Assembly (NCBI GenBank): GCA_019233055.1
Contig: JAFAMV010000162.1
Span: 3,306 to 67,305, forward strand
DNA: 64,000 nt
DNA from: Curvibacter sp.
Lineage (GTDB): Bacteria > Pseudomonadota > Gammaproteobacteria > Burkholderiales > Burkholderiaceae_C
Direction: 5' to 3'
Shown here piece by piece: positions 38,922 to 51,411 of the stretch (the stretch's first letter is position 1; each line of letters starts with the position of its first letter). The notes beneath the pieces were generated by a model. It was given only the letters and a program-made list of their open reading frames with translations, was not told where the DNA came from and did no database searches. The position numbers were made by a program, and so were the translations under genes.

Positions 38922-39923
38922 TCACTCGAGGGCCAGCAGGCCGAAGGTGGCCAGCCAGTGCTCGCCTTCGTAGTGCCCGCTGGTCACCTGGGGCAGGCTG
39001 GCCTCGATGTGGGCCTGGGCCGCCGCCGACAGTTGCGCCTGCAACACCGAGCCCGGCGGCAGTCGCCGGGCGATGTGCTTCATGCACCAGGCCCGGCTCA
39101 GGTTGAGGCCGTCGAGGTGGGCGATCTTCGGGTCGCTGCGGTCGCTGACCTCGGCGGGCTGCATGAGTCGCCCGGTGCCGCCCAGATCGGGCAGGAAGCG
39201 CTCCAGCCAGGGCCGGAAGAGATCCGGTGACAGCACGTCGGCCATCAGCAGGGCCTCGGTCAGGGCCGCCGACAGGAACTCGTCGCCGCCGGGCTCGAAA
39301 CGCGCCGGGTAGTCGGTGTCGGCCAGGTAGTGGCGGCGGGCCGTGGCCAGCAGAGCGCTTTCGAACTCGCTGTCGTGTCGGTGGCGGGCGAAGTCCAGCG
39401 CCAGCTTGAGCGCGAAGGCACTGTTGTAGTGGGTGCCGACACGGATCGGGTAGCTCAGCGACGCAAAGTAGCGCAGCGTGCGGCTGCGGATGCCCTGCAC
39501 CAGCGGCTCGAGCGCGGCATGCCACTGCGGCGCGCGCGGGTGCTGCCAGTCGGCCAGCGCCTGGGCCAGGGCCAGCACCCAGGCATAGCCGTAAGGGCGC
39601 TCGAAGGAGGCCCGGCCCGGGACGTCGAAATACGCCAGCTCGGCGGCCATGTGCGGCCCGGTGAAGTGCTCGTCGAACAGGGCCTCGATCTCGGCGCGCT
39701 GCGGCAGCGTCGGCCAGTCCTGGGCGCAGCGCGCCAGCAGCCAGAAGCCGTGCACCGCCGAGTGCCAGTCGTAGCAGCCATAGAACACCGGGTGCAGCGC
39801 CCTGGGCGACAGCACGTCCTGCGGGCCGTTGAGCACATGCATGATGTGGTTGGGGTATTCGTGGCGCAGCGAGCGCAACGGCAGGGCGGCGAAGATCGCG
39901 GCCTGTTCCAGGGTCAGGGTCAT
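38922..39923 (-). CDS. DUF2891-like protein of unknown function
   Basis: 333 aa, soluble, all-helical appearance, with YGCYDWHSAVHGFWLL and ERPYGYAWVLAL. Family assigned from memory only. Confidence 0.55.
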   Translation of the reverse strand: MTLTLEQAAIFAALPLRSLRHEYPNHIMHVLNGPQDVLSPRALHPVFYGCYDWHSAVHGFWLLARCAQDWPTLPQRAEIEALFDEHFTGPHMAAELAYFDVPGRASFERPYGYAWVLALAQALADWQHPRAPQWHAALEPLVQGIRSRTLRYFASLSYPIRVGTHYNSAFALKLALDFARHRHDSEFESALLATARRHYLADTDYPARFEPGGDEFLSAALTEALLMADVLSPDLFRPWLERFLPDLGGTGRLMQPAEVSDRSDPKIAHLDGLNLSRAWCMKHIARRLPPGSVLQAQLSAAAQAHIEASLPQVTSGHYEGEHWLATFGLLALE

Positions 39924-39935
39924 GGCGTTCGGCTT

Positions 39936-40922
39936 TCAGCGGAAGACGATGAAATACATCAGCAGGATGTTGGCCGTGAGCAGCGGGATCGCGGTCGGGA
40001 TCTGCACCTTGATCACCTCGTACTTGTTCTTCAGTTCGAGCAGCGCCGCCGGCACGATGTTGTAGTTGGCCGCCATCGGGGTCATGAGGGTGCCGCAGTA
40101 GCCCGCCAGCATGCCGATGGTGACCAGGGGCGCCGGATCGGCGTGCTGGCCCTGGATCAGGAAGGGCAGCGCGATGCCGGCGGTCATCACCGGGAAGGCC
40201 GCGAAGGCATTGCCCATGACCATGGTGAACAGCGCCATGCCGAGGCAGTAGATCACCACCAGCAGGAAGCGGTTGTCGGGGTTGACGAAGAGGGCCACCA
40301 CCTTCTGCACCGAGGTGCCGGTCTGCGCCGCCACGAACACGCCGCCCAGCATGGCCAGCATCTGCGGCAGGATGGCGGCCCAGCCGATCGCGTCGACCAG
40401 GCGCCGCGATTCGCGCACGGCGGCCAGCGGCGTGCCGCCGGTGAGCTTCCAGCCGGCCAGGATGGCGCAGACGCAGGCCACGCTCAGCGAGGCCAGCGTG
40501 AGCTGTTTCTGGTCGAGCAGGAACATGCCGCCCAAGGACACGCCTTTGAGGCCCAGGGTGCACAGCACCGTGACCACCGGGATCAGCACCGCCGGCATGA
40601 AGATCCAGTTGCCGATGCGGTCGGCCGAGGCCTGGCGCTCTTCGGCGCTGCGCTGGCGGTAGGTGCCGATGGCCAGTTGGCCGCTGCCCGCGATCAGCGA
40701 GATCAGCACCACCATGCCGCCGATGAGGCGGTAGGCCAGGTGCTTGCCCAGGGCGTCGACCATCAGGTCGCCGAACAGGAAGATGGCGCCGAAGAGGAAC
40801 CAGAACAGCGCCGTCGGCAGGCGCTTGGGATGGCCCTTGTCGGTCAGCGTCATGCCGACCAGCATCATCACGATGAAGCCGATCAGGTAGTAGATCTCGT
40901 TGAGGGTCAGGAGCGTGCTCAT
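39936..40922 (-). CDS. DUF979 family membrane protein (putative transporter subunit)
   Basis: 328-aa polytopic membrane protein, MSTLLTLNEIYYLIGFIVMML.... Its start overlaps the stop of the upstream DUF969 gene by 4 nt. Confidence 0.7.
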   Translation of the reverse strand: MSTLLTLNEIYYLIGFIVMMLVGMTLTDKGHPKRLPTALFWFLFGAIFLFGDLMVDALGKHLAYRLIGGMVVLISLIAGSGQLAIGTYRQRSAEERQASADRIGNWIFMPAVLIPVVTVLCTLGLKGVSLGGMFLLDQKQLTLASLSVACVCAILAGWKLTGGTPLAAVRESRRLVDAIGWAAILPQMLAMLGGVFVAAQTGTSVQKVVALFVNPDNRFLLVVIYCLGMALFTMVMGNAFAAFPVMTAGIALPFLIQGQHADPAPLVTIGMLAGYCGTLMTPMAANYNIVPAALLELKNKYEVIKVQIPTAIPLLTANILLMYFIVFR

Positions 40923-41659
40923 GCGGCCACCTTGTTGTCGGTCAGGTTGCGGTTCGTGGATTGGCTGGCTTCCCACTCGGCCACATCGCGGCGGATGCTG
41001 GCGTCGAGCCGGGTCAGGCGCACCATGTGGATCACCAGGGCGGCCAGGGCGGTGGGGATGGCCCACAGGCCCAGGGTCAGCGGCTCGATCCCCTGGATGC
41101 CGTTTTCCTTGAGGAAGGCATCGATCAGCAGCACCGCGCCGAAGGCGATGAAGATGTCTTCACCGAAGAAGACCGCGATGTTGTCGCAGGCCGCCGAATG
41201 CGCCTTGAGCTTGTCGCGGATCGGCTCGGGCAGCGGGCCGTGCCGGGCCACCGCGGCGCCTTCCACCATCGGCGCCAGCAGCGGCCGCACCGTCTGCGCC
41301 TGGCCGCCGATGTAGGTCAGGCCCAGGGCGCCCGCGCCCTGGCGCACCAGGAAGTACAGCATCAGGATGCGCGCCGAGGTGGCGCTGGCCATGCTGGCGA
41401 TCCAGTCCTGGGCGCGCTCCTTGAGGCCGAAGCTTTCCAGCAGGCCGATCACCGGCAGGATCAGCACGAAGGTGGCCAGCGAGCGGCTGTTGACGAACTT
41501 CTCGCCGAAGGTCTCCAGCAGGGTGCCCAGGTCCATGCCCACCGACAGCCCGGTGGACAGGCCGGCCACGGTCACGACCAGCAGGGGGTTGAAGCGCAGC
41601 GCGAAGCCGGCCACCACGATGGGGATGCCGATGAGGGGCAGCAGTCCGTTGAGGTCCAT
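40919..41659 (-). CDS. DUF969 family membrane protein (putative transporter subunit)
   Basis: 246-aa membrane protein, MDLNGLLPLIGIPIVVAGFALRFNPLLVV..., paired with DUF979 as usually observed. Start at the internal ATG at 41659. Confidence 0.7.
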   Translation of the reverse strand: MDLNGLLPLIGIPIVVAGFALRFNPLLVVTVAGLSTGLSVGMDLGTLLETFGEKFVNSRSLATFVLILPVIGLLESFGLKERAQDWIASMASATSARILMLYFLVRQGAGALGLTYIGGQAQTVRPLLAPMVEGAAVARHGPLPEPIRDKLKAHSAACDNIAVFFGEDIFIAFGAVLLIDAFLKENGIQGIEPLTLGLWAIPTALAALVIHMVRLTRLDASIRRDVAEWEASQSTNRNLTDNKVAA

Positions 41660-41783
41660 GGAAGATTCTCCTGAGGTTGGTGGCCGTGCGTTGTTCGGGC
41701 CGGGGGGTGAGGTGGAGGAGGAAGTGAAAGTGTGGAAGTGGAAAAAGGCCGCCCGGTGACCCCACCGGACGGCCGCGGGTCCG

Positions 41784-45470
<3,687 letters not shown>

Positions 45471-45509
45471 GGCTTGTGGAATGGAAACGGAAAAATGCGT
45501 CGCCCGGGT

Positions 45510-46316
45510 TCAGGGCGTCGTCGGGGCCCGGTGCAGCAGGTCGGTGACCAGCATGTGCCCGGGGGCGTGGGTGATGCAGAAATCGGGGCGCGCCGCCTGG
45601 AGCGCAGCCTGGGGCGTGACCCCGCAGGCCCAGAACACCGGCAGTTCATCGGAGCGCAGTTCGACTGCGTCGCCATAGTCGGGCCGGGCCAGGTCGGCGA
45701 TGCCGATCAGGGACGGATCGCCCAGGTGCACCGGCGCGCCATGCGCCTGCGGCAGGGCCGAGGTGATCTGGATGGCACGGATGGCATCGGCCGCCCGCAG
45801 GGGCCGCATCGACACCACCACCGGCCCGGCAAACGGGCCGGCCGGCACGGTGGCCAGCGTGCTGCGGTACATGGCCACGTTGCGGCCCTGCTGCACATGG
45901 CGCAGCGGGATGCCGGCGGCCAGCAGCGCATGCTCGAAGGTGAAGGAGCAGCCCAGGGCGAAGCTCACCAGGTCATCGCGCCAGATCTCGCTCAGGTCGG
46001 TCAGTTCGGCCACCCGCTCGCCACGGCGCCACAGGTGGTAGCGCGGAACATCGCTGCGCAGGTCCAGATCCTGGCCCAGCGCCGGCCAGTCGGTCTGCCC
46101 GGGCCGCGTCACCGCCAGCAGCGGGCAGGCCACCGGGTTGCGCTCGCAGAACTGCCCGAAATCGTCGGCCAGGGCCGCCGGCAACAGGACCAGATTGACC
46201 TGCACATGGGCGCTGGCCAGGCCGCTGGTATGACCGCTGAAGAGGCCCTCACGGGCCGCCAGCCTGACTTGCAGGGCGGTCGACTGGCTCGACAGGGGAG
46301 ATGCGGAGGGGGTCAT
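45510..46316 (-). CDS. UPF0317/DUF1445 putative hydro-lyase (D-glutamate cyclase-like)
   Basis: 268 aa. [19 protein letters not shown]...[12 protein letters not shown]...[11 protein letters not shown]...MYRS...VVSMRP...HGAPVH.GDP matches the DUF1445 family. Confidence 0.8.
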   Translation of the reverse strand: MTPSASPLSSQSTALQVRLAAREGLFSGHTSGLASAHVQVNLVLLPAALADDFGQFCERNPVACPLLAVTRPGQTDWPALGQDLDLRSDVPRYHLWRRGERVAELTDLSEIWRDDLVSFALGCSFTFEHALLAAGIPLRHVQQGRNVAMYRSTLATVPAGPFAGPVVVSMRPLRAADAIRAIQITSALPQAHGAPVHLGDPSLIGIADLARPDYGDAVELRSDELPVFWACGVTPQAALQAARPDFCITHAPGHMLVTDLLHRAPTTP

Positions 46317-46413
46317 CGGATGGCTTCAGAACGGCAGTGGCAGATCGTCGGTGCAAGGTCTGCTGCGGATTGTGAAAGCCGTGTGAAAAGGAATCCAACG
46401 AGAAATTTCCGCA

Positions 46414-46442
46414 TTTCCTCATCGAAATTTTCGATGAGGAAA
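46414..46442. promoter_or_regulatory. perfect 14-bp-arm palindrome containing an ATC-N9-GAT (T-N11-A) LysR-type box
   Basis: TTTCCTCATCGAAA-T-TTTCGATGAGGAAA. It lies in the AT-rich 205-bp gap between the LysR gene and the DUF1445/oxoprolinase operon. Confidence 0.55.
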
Positions 46443-46521
46443 ACTGGATTTTCGATATAGCGAATTCCATGCCATCGCCATTGGTAGTTTCCCGGGGATT
46501 TCTGACGCCTTCTGGTGCACC

Positions 46522-47430
46522 CTAGGGGGTTGCACGCTTCCTGCGCGCCATCGTGGGGCGCGTGGCAAAGGCCACCGCCGATTCGAGCACCGATTCGGTC
46601 ACCCCGGCGCCCGGGTCTTCACGGTAGCCCGCATGGATGGGCAGGGGCGCCAGGCGGATGTCGGTGCGCAGGATGCGCAGGGGCAGGCGCTCCGACAGGC
46701 GCTGGGTGGCGGCACGCGGCAGGGTGGCGACGCCGAAGCCGCCCTCGACCAGCTGGACCATGGCCGAGATCGACGAGATGGCATGGATGCGCGGTGCCGT
46801 CCGGCCGGCCTCCTGGAACAGCTGCAGCAGGGCCTGGTGCGGCTGCGAGCCGCGCTGGAAGGTGATGAGGTCGAGCGCGCCCAGTTCCTCGAGGCTGTAG
46901 TCCTGGGCGCCATGGTGGCTGCGGTGGCCGACGAAGACCATCTCCATCGGCGGCAGCAGCCGGGTGCGCACCTCGCTGTCGGTGCCGGCGATCGAGGTGA
47001 AGACCAGGTCCTGGGCGCCGCGCCGGATCTGATCGATCAGCACCGGCGAGGTCTCCACGGTCAGTTCGAGTTCGAAATCAGGATGTTGCGCCCGCATCTG
47101 CTGCAGCCAGCCCGGCAGCCAGCTGTGCACCACCGACTCGATGGCGCCGATGCGCAGGGCCATCGGCCCACCCGTGTTGCTGCCCATCTCCTGCTTGACG
47201 TGGCGCTGCAGCTCCAGCAGTTTCACGGCCAGCAACTGGAAGCGCTGACCGGCGACCGTGAGCCGGAACTGCTTCTCGCGCCGATCCAGCAGGACCACGC
47301 CCAGCTCCTCTTCGAGCGAAGCGATGCGGCTGGACATCGCCGACTGGGTGATGTGCAGCTTTTCCGCGGCGCGCGTGATGCTTTTCAGGGAGGCGGCCCA
47401 GTGAAAGGCCTCGACGAAGCGAAGGTTCAT
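46522..47430 (-). CDS. LysR-family transcriptional regulator
   Basis: MNLRFVEAFHWAASLKSITRAAEKLHITQSAMSSRIASLEEELGVVLLDRREKQFRLT is a canonical LTTR HTH. The real start is the ATG at 47430; the listed 645-aa ORF is an upstream read-through artefact. Confidence 0.92.
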   Translation of the reverse strand: MNLRFVEAFHWAASLKSITRAAEKLHITQSAMSSRIASLEEELGVVLLDRREKQFRLTVAGQRFQLLAVKLLELQRHVKQEMGSNTGGPMALRIGAIESVVHSWLPGWLQQMRAQHPDFELELTVETSPVLIDQIRRGAQDLVFTSIAGTDSEVRTRLLPPMEMVFVGHRSHHGAQDYSLEELGALDLITFQRGSQPHQALLQLFQEAGRTAPRIHAISSISAMVQLVEGGFGVATLPRAATQRLSERLPLRILRTDIRLAPLPIHAGYREDPGAGVTESVLESAVAFATRPTMARRKRATP

Positions 47431-47478
47431 GGCGCATTGTCGCCGTCTGTCGCCGGGATTCGCTACCATGCGGGCCTC

Positions 47479-48351
47479 ATGAGCCCGTCCCCACGACCCG
47501 CCGGCATACCCCAGCAATTCGATTCGCCACGCGACCGGGCGCTGTACCGCCGCGTGCCGCACCGCGCCGGCGTGGAGCTGTACCGGGCCGAGATCGTGGA
47601 CCACGCCTTCGCCCCCCATGCGCACGACGCCTTCGGCATGGGCGCGGTCGAATGGGGCGTCGAGCGCTTCCGCTACCGGGGCAGCGAGCACCTGGCCGGG
47701 CCGGGCTCGCTGGTGCTGATGGACGAGGACGAGCTGCACACCGGACGGGCCGACACCCAGGGGGGATGGCGCTACCGCATGGTCTATGTCGAATCGGGCC
47801 TGCTGGCCGAACTCAGCGGCCGCCCGGTGCAGCGCTTCGGTCAGCCGGCGGTCGATGACCCGGCCTTGGGCGGGCAGGTGACGCATCTGCTCGATGCGCT
47901 GTGGGCCGCAGCCGAGGAGCCGCTGGCCTTTGACAGCCTGCTGCAGACGCTGGCCGGCGAGATGGTGCAGCGCCACGGCCGGGCCGGTGGATCCGAGCCG
48001 CCGCCGCGCGCCGGCCTGTCCGGAACCGCCCTCGCCCGGGTGCGCGACTACATCGAGGCCCATCTGCACGAAAGCCTGCGCCTGGAAGAACTGGCGGCGC
48101 AGGCGGACCTGTCGCCGTTCCACTTCCTGCGCCGCTTCAAGCAGGCCACACGCCACACGCCCCAGGTCTTCCTGCAGGCGCGGCGTGGCGCGCGTGCCAA
48201 GGCGCTGCTGGCCCAGGGGCTGGCGCCGGCCGAGGTGGCGGCCAGCGTCGGCCTGTGCGACCAACCGCATCTGAACCGCCTGTTGCGCCGCCTCTACGGC
48301 ATCACGCCCGGGGCCTACCAGGGGCAGCTGGGCGTCGGCACGCGGCGCTGA
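47479..48351 (+). CDS. AraC-family transcriptional regulator (cupin-like N-terminal domain)
   Basis: The C-terminus LRLEELAAQADLSPFHFLRRFKQATRHTPQVFL...LCDQPHLNRLLRRLYGITPGAY is an AraC-type double HTH. Confidence 0.88.
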   Translation: MSPSPRPAGIPQQFDSPRDRALYRRVPHRAGVELYRAEIVDHAFAPHAHDAFGMGAVEWGVERFRYRGSEHLAGPGSLVLMDEDELHTGRADTQGGWRYRMVYVESGLLAELSGRPVQRFGQPAVDDPALGGQVTHLLDALWAAAEEPLAFDSLLQTLAGEMVQRHGRAGGSEPPPRAGLSGTALARVRDYIEAHLHESLRLEELAAQADLSPFHFLRRFKQATRHTPQVFLQARRGARAKALLAQGLAPAEVAASVGLCDQPHLNRLLRRLYGITPGAYQGQLGVGTRR

Positions 48352-48487
48352 GAATCTGCCCACGGTCTCGCCGGGGCCATGGCAGACCTTGCCCCGCTGC
48401 CAGGGCGCAATCCTGTCCAAGACAGCCCCCTGCAACTGCGCCAAACTCGCCGCTTTCAACGCTCAGGACCCGCAGGAAAGACAGCGC

Positions 48488-49483
48488 ATGGCAGCAGGAG
48501 ATTTGATCAAGGGGGTGCTCTACGCCCTCGGCGCGGGCCTGATGTGGGGCCTGGTGTTCGTGGCGCCGGCCCTGCTGCCCGACTACCCGCCGGTGGCCCT
48601 GGCCTTCGGGCGCTACCTGGCCTTCGGGCTGGTGGCGCTGCTGCTGGCCCTGCCCGACCGCCAGCGGCTGCGGGCCTTGCGCCGGGCCGACTGGGTCGAG
48701 GCGCTGAAGCTCGCGGCGGTGGGCAACATCATCTACTACCTGTTTCTCTCGGGCGGCATCCAGGCCGCCGGTGTGCCGCTGGCCAGCGTGCTCATCGGCA
48801 CCCTGCCGGTGGTGATCGCGGTCTGCGCCAACTGGCACGACCGCTCCCTGCCCTGGCGGCGGCTGGCGCCTTCGCTGCTGCTGATCGGCGCTGGCATCGC
48901 CTGCGTGAACCGGGCCGAGATGGCGCTGCTGGCGCCCGGCCAGGGGCCGGCCTACGCGCTGGGCGCTGCCCTGACTGCGGTGGCGGTGGCCGCCTGGACC
49001 TGGTACCCGATCCGCAACGCCCGTTGGCTGAAGGCGCACCCCGGCCTGTCGGCCACCACCTGGACCACGGCCCAGGGCCTGGCCACCCTGCCGCTGGCCG
49101 CCCTGGGCTGGGCCGGCTATGTGCTGTGGCGCGGACTGGCCCCGTCCGCCCAGGCAGGGGCCTGGGGGCTGGGGCCGCGTCCGGCCCTGTTCAGCCTGCT
49201 CATGCTGGCCATGGGGCTGTTCGCCTCCTGGCTGGGCACCCTGGCCTGGAGCCGGGCCAGCAAGCTGTTGCCGACCTCGTTGACCGGGCAACTGATCGTG
49301 TTCGAGACCCTGTCGGCCCTGGCCTACGGTTTTGCCCAGCGCGGCGAACTGCCCGGCTGGACCACCGGGGCCGGCATCGCACTCCTGGTCGGCGGGGTGG
49401 CGATGGGCGTGGCGGCATTCGGTCCACGGCCGGCGGCGGCCCAGACCGGCGCGGCGCTCGGCCAAGCTGCCGGCGGCCACTGA
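48488..49483 (+). CDS. DMT-superfamily (EamA-like) transporter
   Basis: Ten predicted TM helices in two EamA-like halves. Start at the ATG at 48488. Confidence 0.8.
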   Translation: MAAGDLIKGVLYALGAGLMWGLVFVAPALLPDYPPVALAFGRYLAFGLVALLLALPDRQRLRALRRADWVEALKLAAVGNIIYYLFLSGGIQAAGVPLASVLIGTLPVVIAVCANWHDRSLPWRRLAPSLLLIGAGIACVNRAEMALLAPGQGPAYALGAALTAVAVAAWTWYPIRNARWLKAHPGLSATTWTTAQGLATLPLAALGWAGYVLWRGLAPSAQAGAWGLGPRPALFSLLMLAMGLFASWLGTLAWSRASKLLPTSLTGQLIVFETLSALAYGFAQRGELPGWTTGAGIALLVGGVAMGVAAFGPRPAAAQTGAALGQAAGGH

Positions 49484-49615
49484 CGCCCCACCCGCCGCCG
49501 CTGTTGCAACAAGATACAACTTGCTCTATCATGTCATTTTGATCATTATTCGCAGCAATTGAAATTCACAAAGATCAATTAAGGCGAATTCATCGGCATT
49601 TCAGGGCGGATTTCC

Positions 49616-50809
49616 ATGGTGGAAATTGATACATCCAATCTTTTGGATCTGATGGACGGGGTGGACGAATTCACCCAGTTGCGGGCCTACGCCGGCGACG
49701 TGCTGTTCACCGAGAAGATGGCGGGCAACCAGGTCTACCTGATCAAGGAAGGCCAGGTCGATCTCTACCTGATGCGCGAAGAGCGCCGCGTGGTGGTCGA
49801 CACCCTGGGCAAGGGCCAATGCTTCGGCATGAACTCGAGGCTGTTGCACTGCAGGCGGCCCACCCATGCCATGGCCAGGACCTACAGCGAGTTCTATGTG
49901 GTCGATGGCGCCACCCTGGAGCGCCATCTGAAGGCGACGCCGCAGCTCATCGAATCACTGCTGCACACCCAGGCGGCGCGGATCGACCGCGCCAACGAGC
50001 TGATCGCCACCAAGGTGAACTACCAGCCCGAGCTGCAGGCCTATGCCCATCTGCTGCAGATCCTGGGACAGGCAGACCTCGCCGGCCGCGCCGGCGAAGC
50101 GCAGCGGCGCGGCGAGCCGGCCACGGTCGCGCATGTCCTGCTGAGCGAGTTCCAGGGGCATGCACGGGCGCTGCTGGGGCATTCGGACCCGCACATCCGG
50201 CAGGTGCTGGGCCGGCTCGAAAGCCTGCACCTGCTGCACCACGAGGGCGACCGGGCGCGGGACAGAAAGCTGGTGTTCTTGCCGAAGAACATCGTCGATC
50301 AGGCCCGCAAGCTGACCGAGTCCGACCCGCATCGCGGCAAGCTCGACTTCGAGTACCTCAGCGTCGACGAGCTGTCGACGATGGTCAACGTGGACCGCCA
50401 CACCCTGTTGAGCAAGCTGGCGCAATCCGAGTTCTCCGACGAGCTCATCACCTTCAGGAAAAGCGAGGTGGTGCGGCTGCTGGACGCCAAGGGGCGCCGC
50501 TTCTTTGCCGACCGCAAGATCAAGACGCCCAGCGAGTTCACCGACATCCTCGACATCGAGTTCGCCACCCAGAAGGCGCTGGTCAGTGCATTGGCGCGGG
50601 TGGACGCCTTCGACCTGGCCAAGCTCATGAGCACCATCGAGGTGAGCGCGATCCGCGACCGCATCCTGGCCTGCCTGCCGAGGGCCAAGCGCGAGGAGGT
50701 GCTGAGCGAATCGGCCGACATCGGGCAGGTCGACACGGTGGAGATCCTGCAGCTCGAGCAGTTGATCATCAAGCAGTTGCGCGAGCTGATGCTGCCGGCC
50801 CTGGCCTGA
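49616..50809 (+). CDS. cyclic-nucleotide-binding-domain protein with HTH-like middle region and FliG-C-terminal-like domain
   Basis: 397 aa. N-terminal beta-barrel pattern VLFTEKMAGNQVYLIKEGQVDLYL...LGKGQCFGM (degenerate phosphate-binding cassette). Middle region LSVDELSTMVNVDRHTLLSKL is HTH-like. The C-terminus FTDILDIEFATQKALVSALARVDAFDLAKLMSTIEVSAIRDRILACLPRAKREEVLSESADIGQVDTVEILQLEQLIIKQLREL parallels FliG_C (F.DI..LD...IQ.LLREVD...LA.ALKGAS.E...KI..NMS.RAAE.L.EDL...GPV....VE.AQ..IV...R.L). Confidence 0.6.
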   Translation: MVEIDTSNLLDLMDGVDEFTQLRAYAGDVLFTEKMAGNQVYLIKEGQVDLYLMREERRVVVDTLGKGQCFGMNSRLLHCRRPTHAMARTYSEFYVVDGATLERHLKATPQLIESLLHTQAARIDRANELIATKVNYQPELQAYAHLLQILGQADLAGRAGEAQRRGEPATVAHVLLSEFQGHARALLGHSDPHIRQVLGRLESLHLLHHEGDRARDRKLVFLPKNIVDQARKLTESDPHRGKLDFEYLSVDELSTMVNVDRHTLLSKLAQSEFSDELITFRKSEVVRLLDAKGRRFFADRKIKTPSEFTDILDIEFATQKALVSALARVDAFDLAKLMSTIEVSAIRDRILACLPRAKREEVLSESADIGQVDTVEILQLEQLIIKQLRELMLPALA

Positions 50810-50828
50810 CGCCGGGGCGGTGAAAACC

Positions 50829-51314
50829 TCAGGCCGACAGCGCGGCCTCGATGTCGCCGGCCAGCCGCGCCGGTGCATCCTGCGGGGCGTAGCGCCGGAT
50901 CACCTGGCCGTCACGGCCGACCAGGAACTTGGTGAAATTCCACTTGATGGCCTTGATGCCCAGCAGGCCGGGGGCCTCGGTGGTGAGCCAGCGGTACAGC
51001 GGATGGGCGTCGGCGCCGTTCACCTCGATCTTGTGCATCATCGAAAAGCTCACGCCGTAGTTGAGCTGGCAGAAGCTGGCGATCTCGGCGTCGCTGCCCG
51101 GGTCCTGGCGGCCGAACTGGTTGCACGGGAAACCCAGCACCACCAGCCCCTCGGCGCCATAGCGCTGGTGCAGGGCTTCCAGGCCTTCGAATTGCGGCGT
51201 GAAACCGCAGGCGCTCGCAGTGTTGACGATCAGCAGGACCTGCCCCTGGAACTGCTTCAGGGGCACGGTCTGGCCGTTGATCTGCTGGGCTTCGAAATCG
51301 TAGAGACTGGACAT
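50829..51314 (-). CDS. glutathione peroxidase (Cys-type)
   Basis: LIVNTASACGFTPQ...LGFPCNQFG.Q.PG...WNFTKFL. Start at the internal ATG at 51314. Confidence 0.93.
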   Translation of the reverse strand: MSSLYDFEAQQINGQTVPLKQFQGQVLLIVNTASACGFTPQFEGLEALHQRYGAEGLVVLGFPCNQFGRQDPGSDAEIASFCQLNYGVSFSMMHKIEVNGADAHPLYRWLTTEAPGLLGIKAIKWNFTKFLVGRDGQVIRRYAPQDAPARLAGDIEAALSA

Positions 51315-51411
51315 GGGCGCTCCTGGCGGCTCGGGTGGGTTGGCGCATGGTAGCGCCTGCCGCGCCGGCCTGCAGGCACGGGGCCATCGGCCCCGGGCGC
51401 GCGCGCGGGGC

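Noticed and set aside
46522-48459. 645-aa ORF suggesting a large fusion protein.
   Set aside because: Only the C-terminal 302 aa (from the ATG at 47430) form a LysR regulator. The upstream part is antisense to the AraC gene and has no features.
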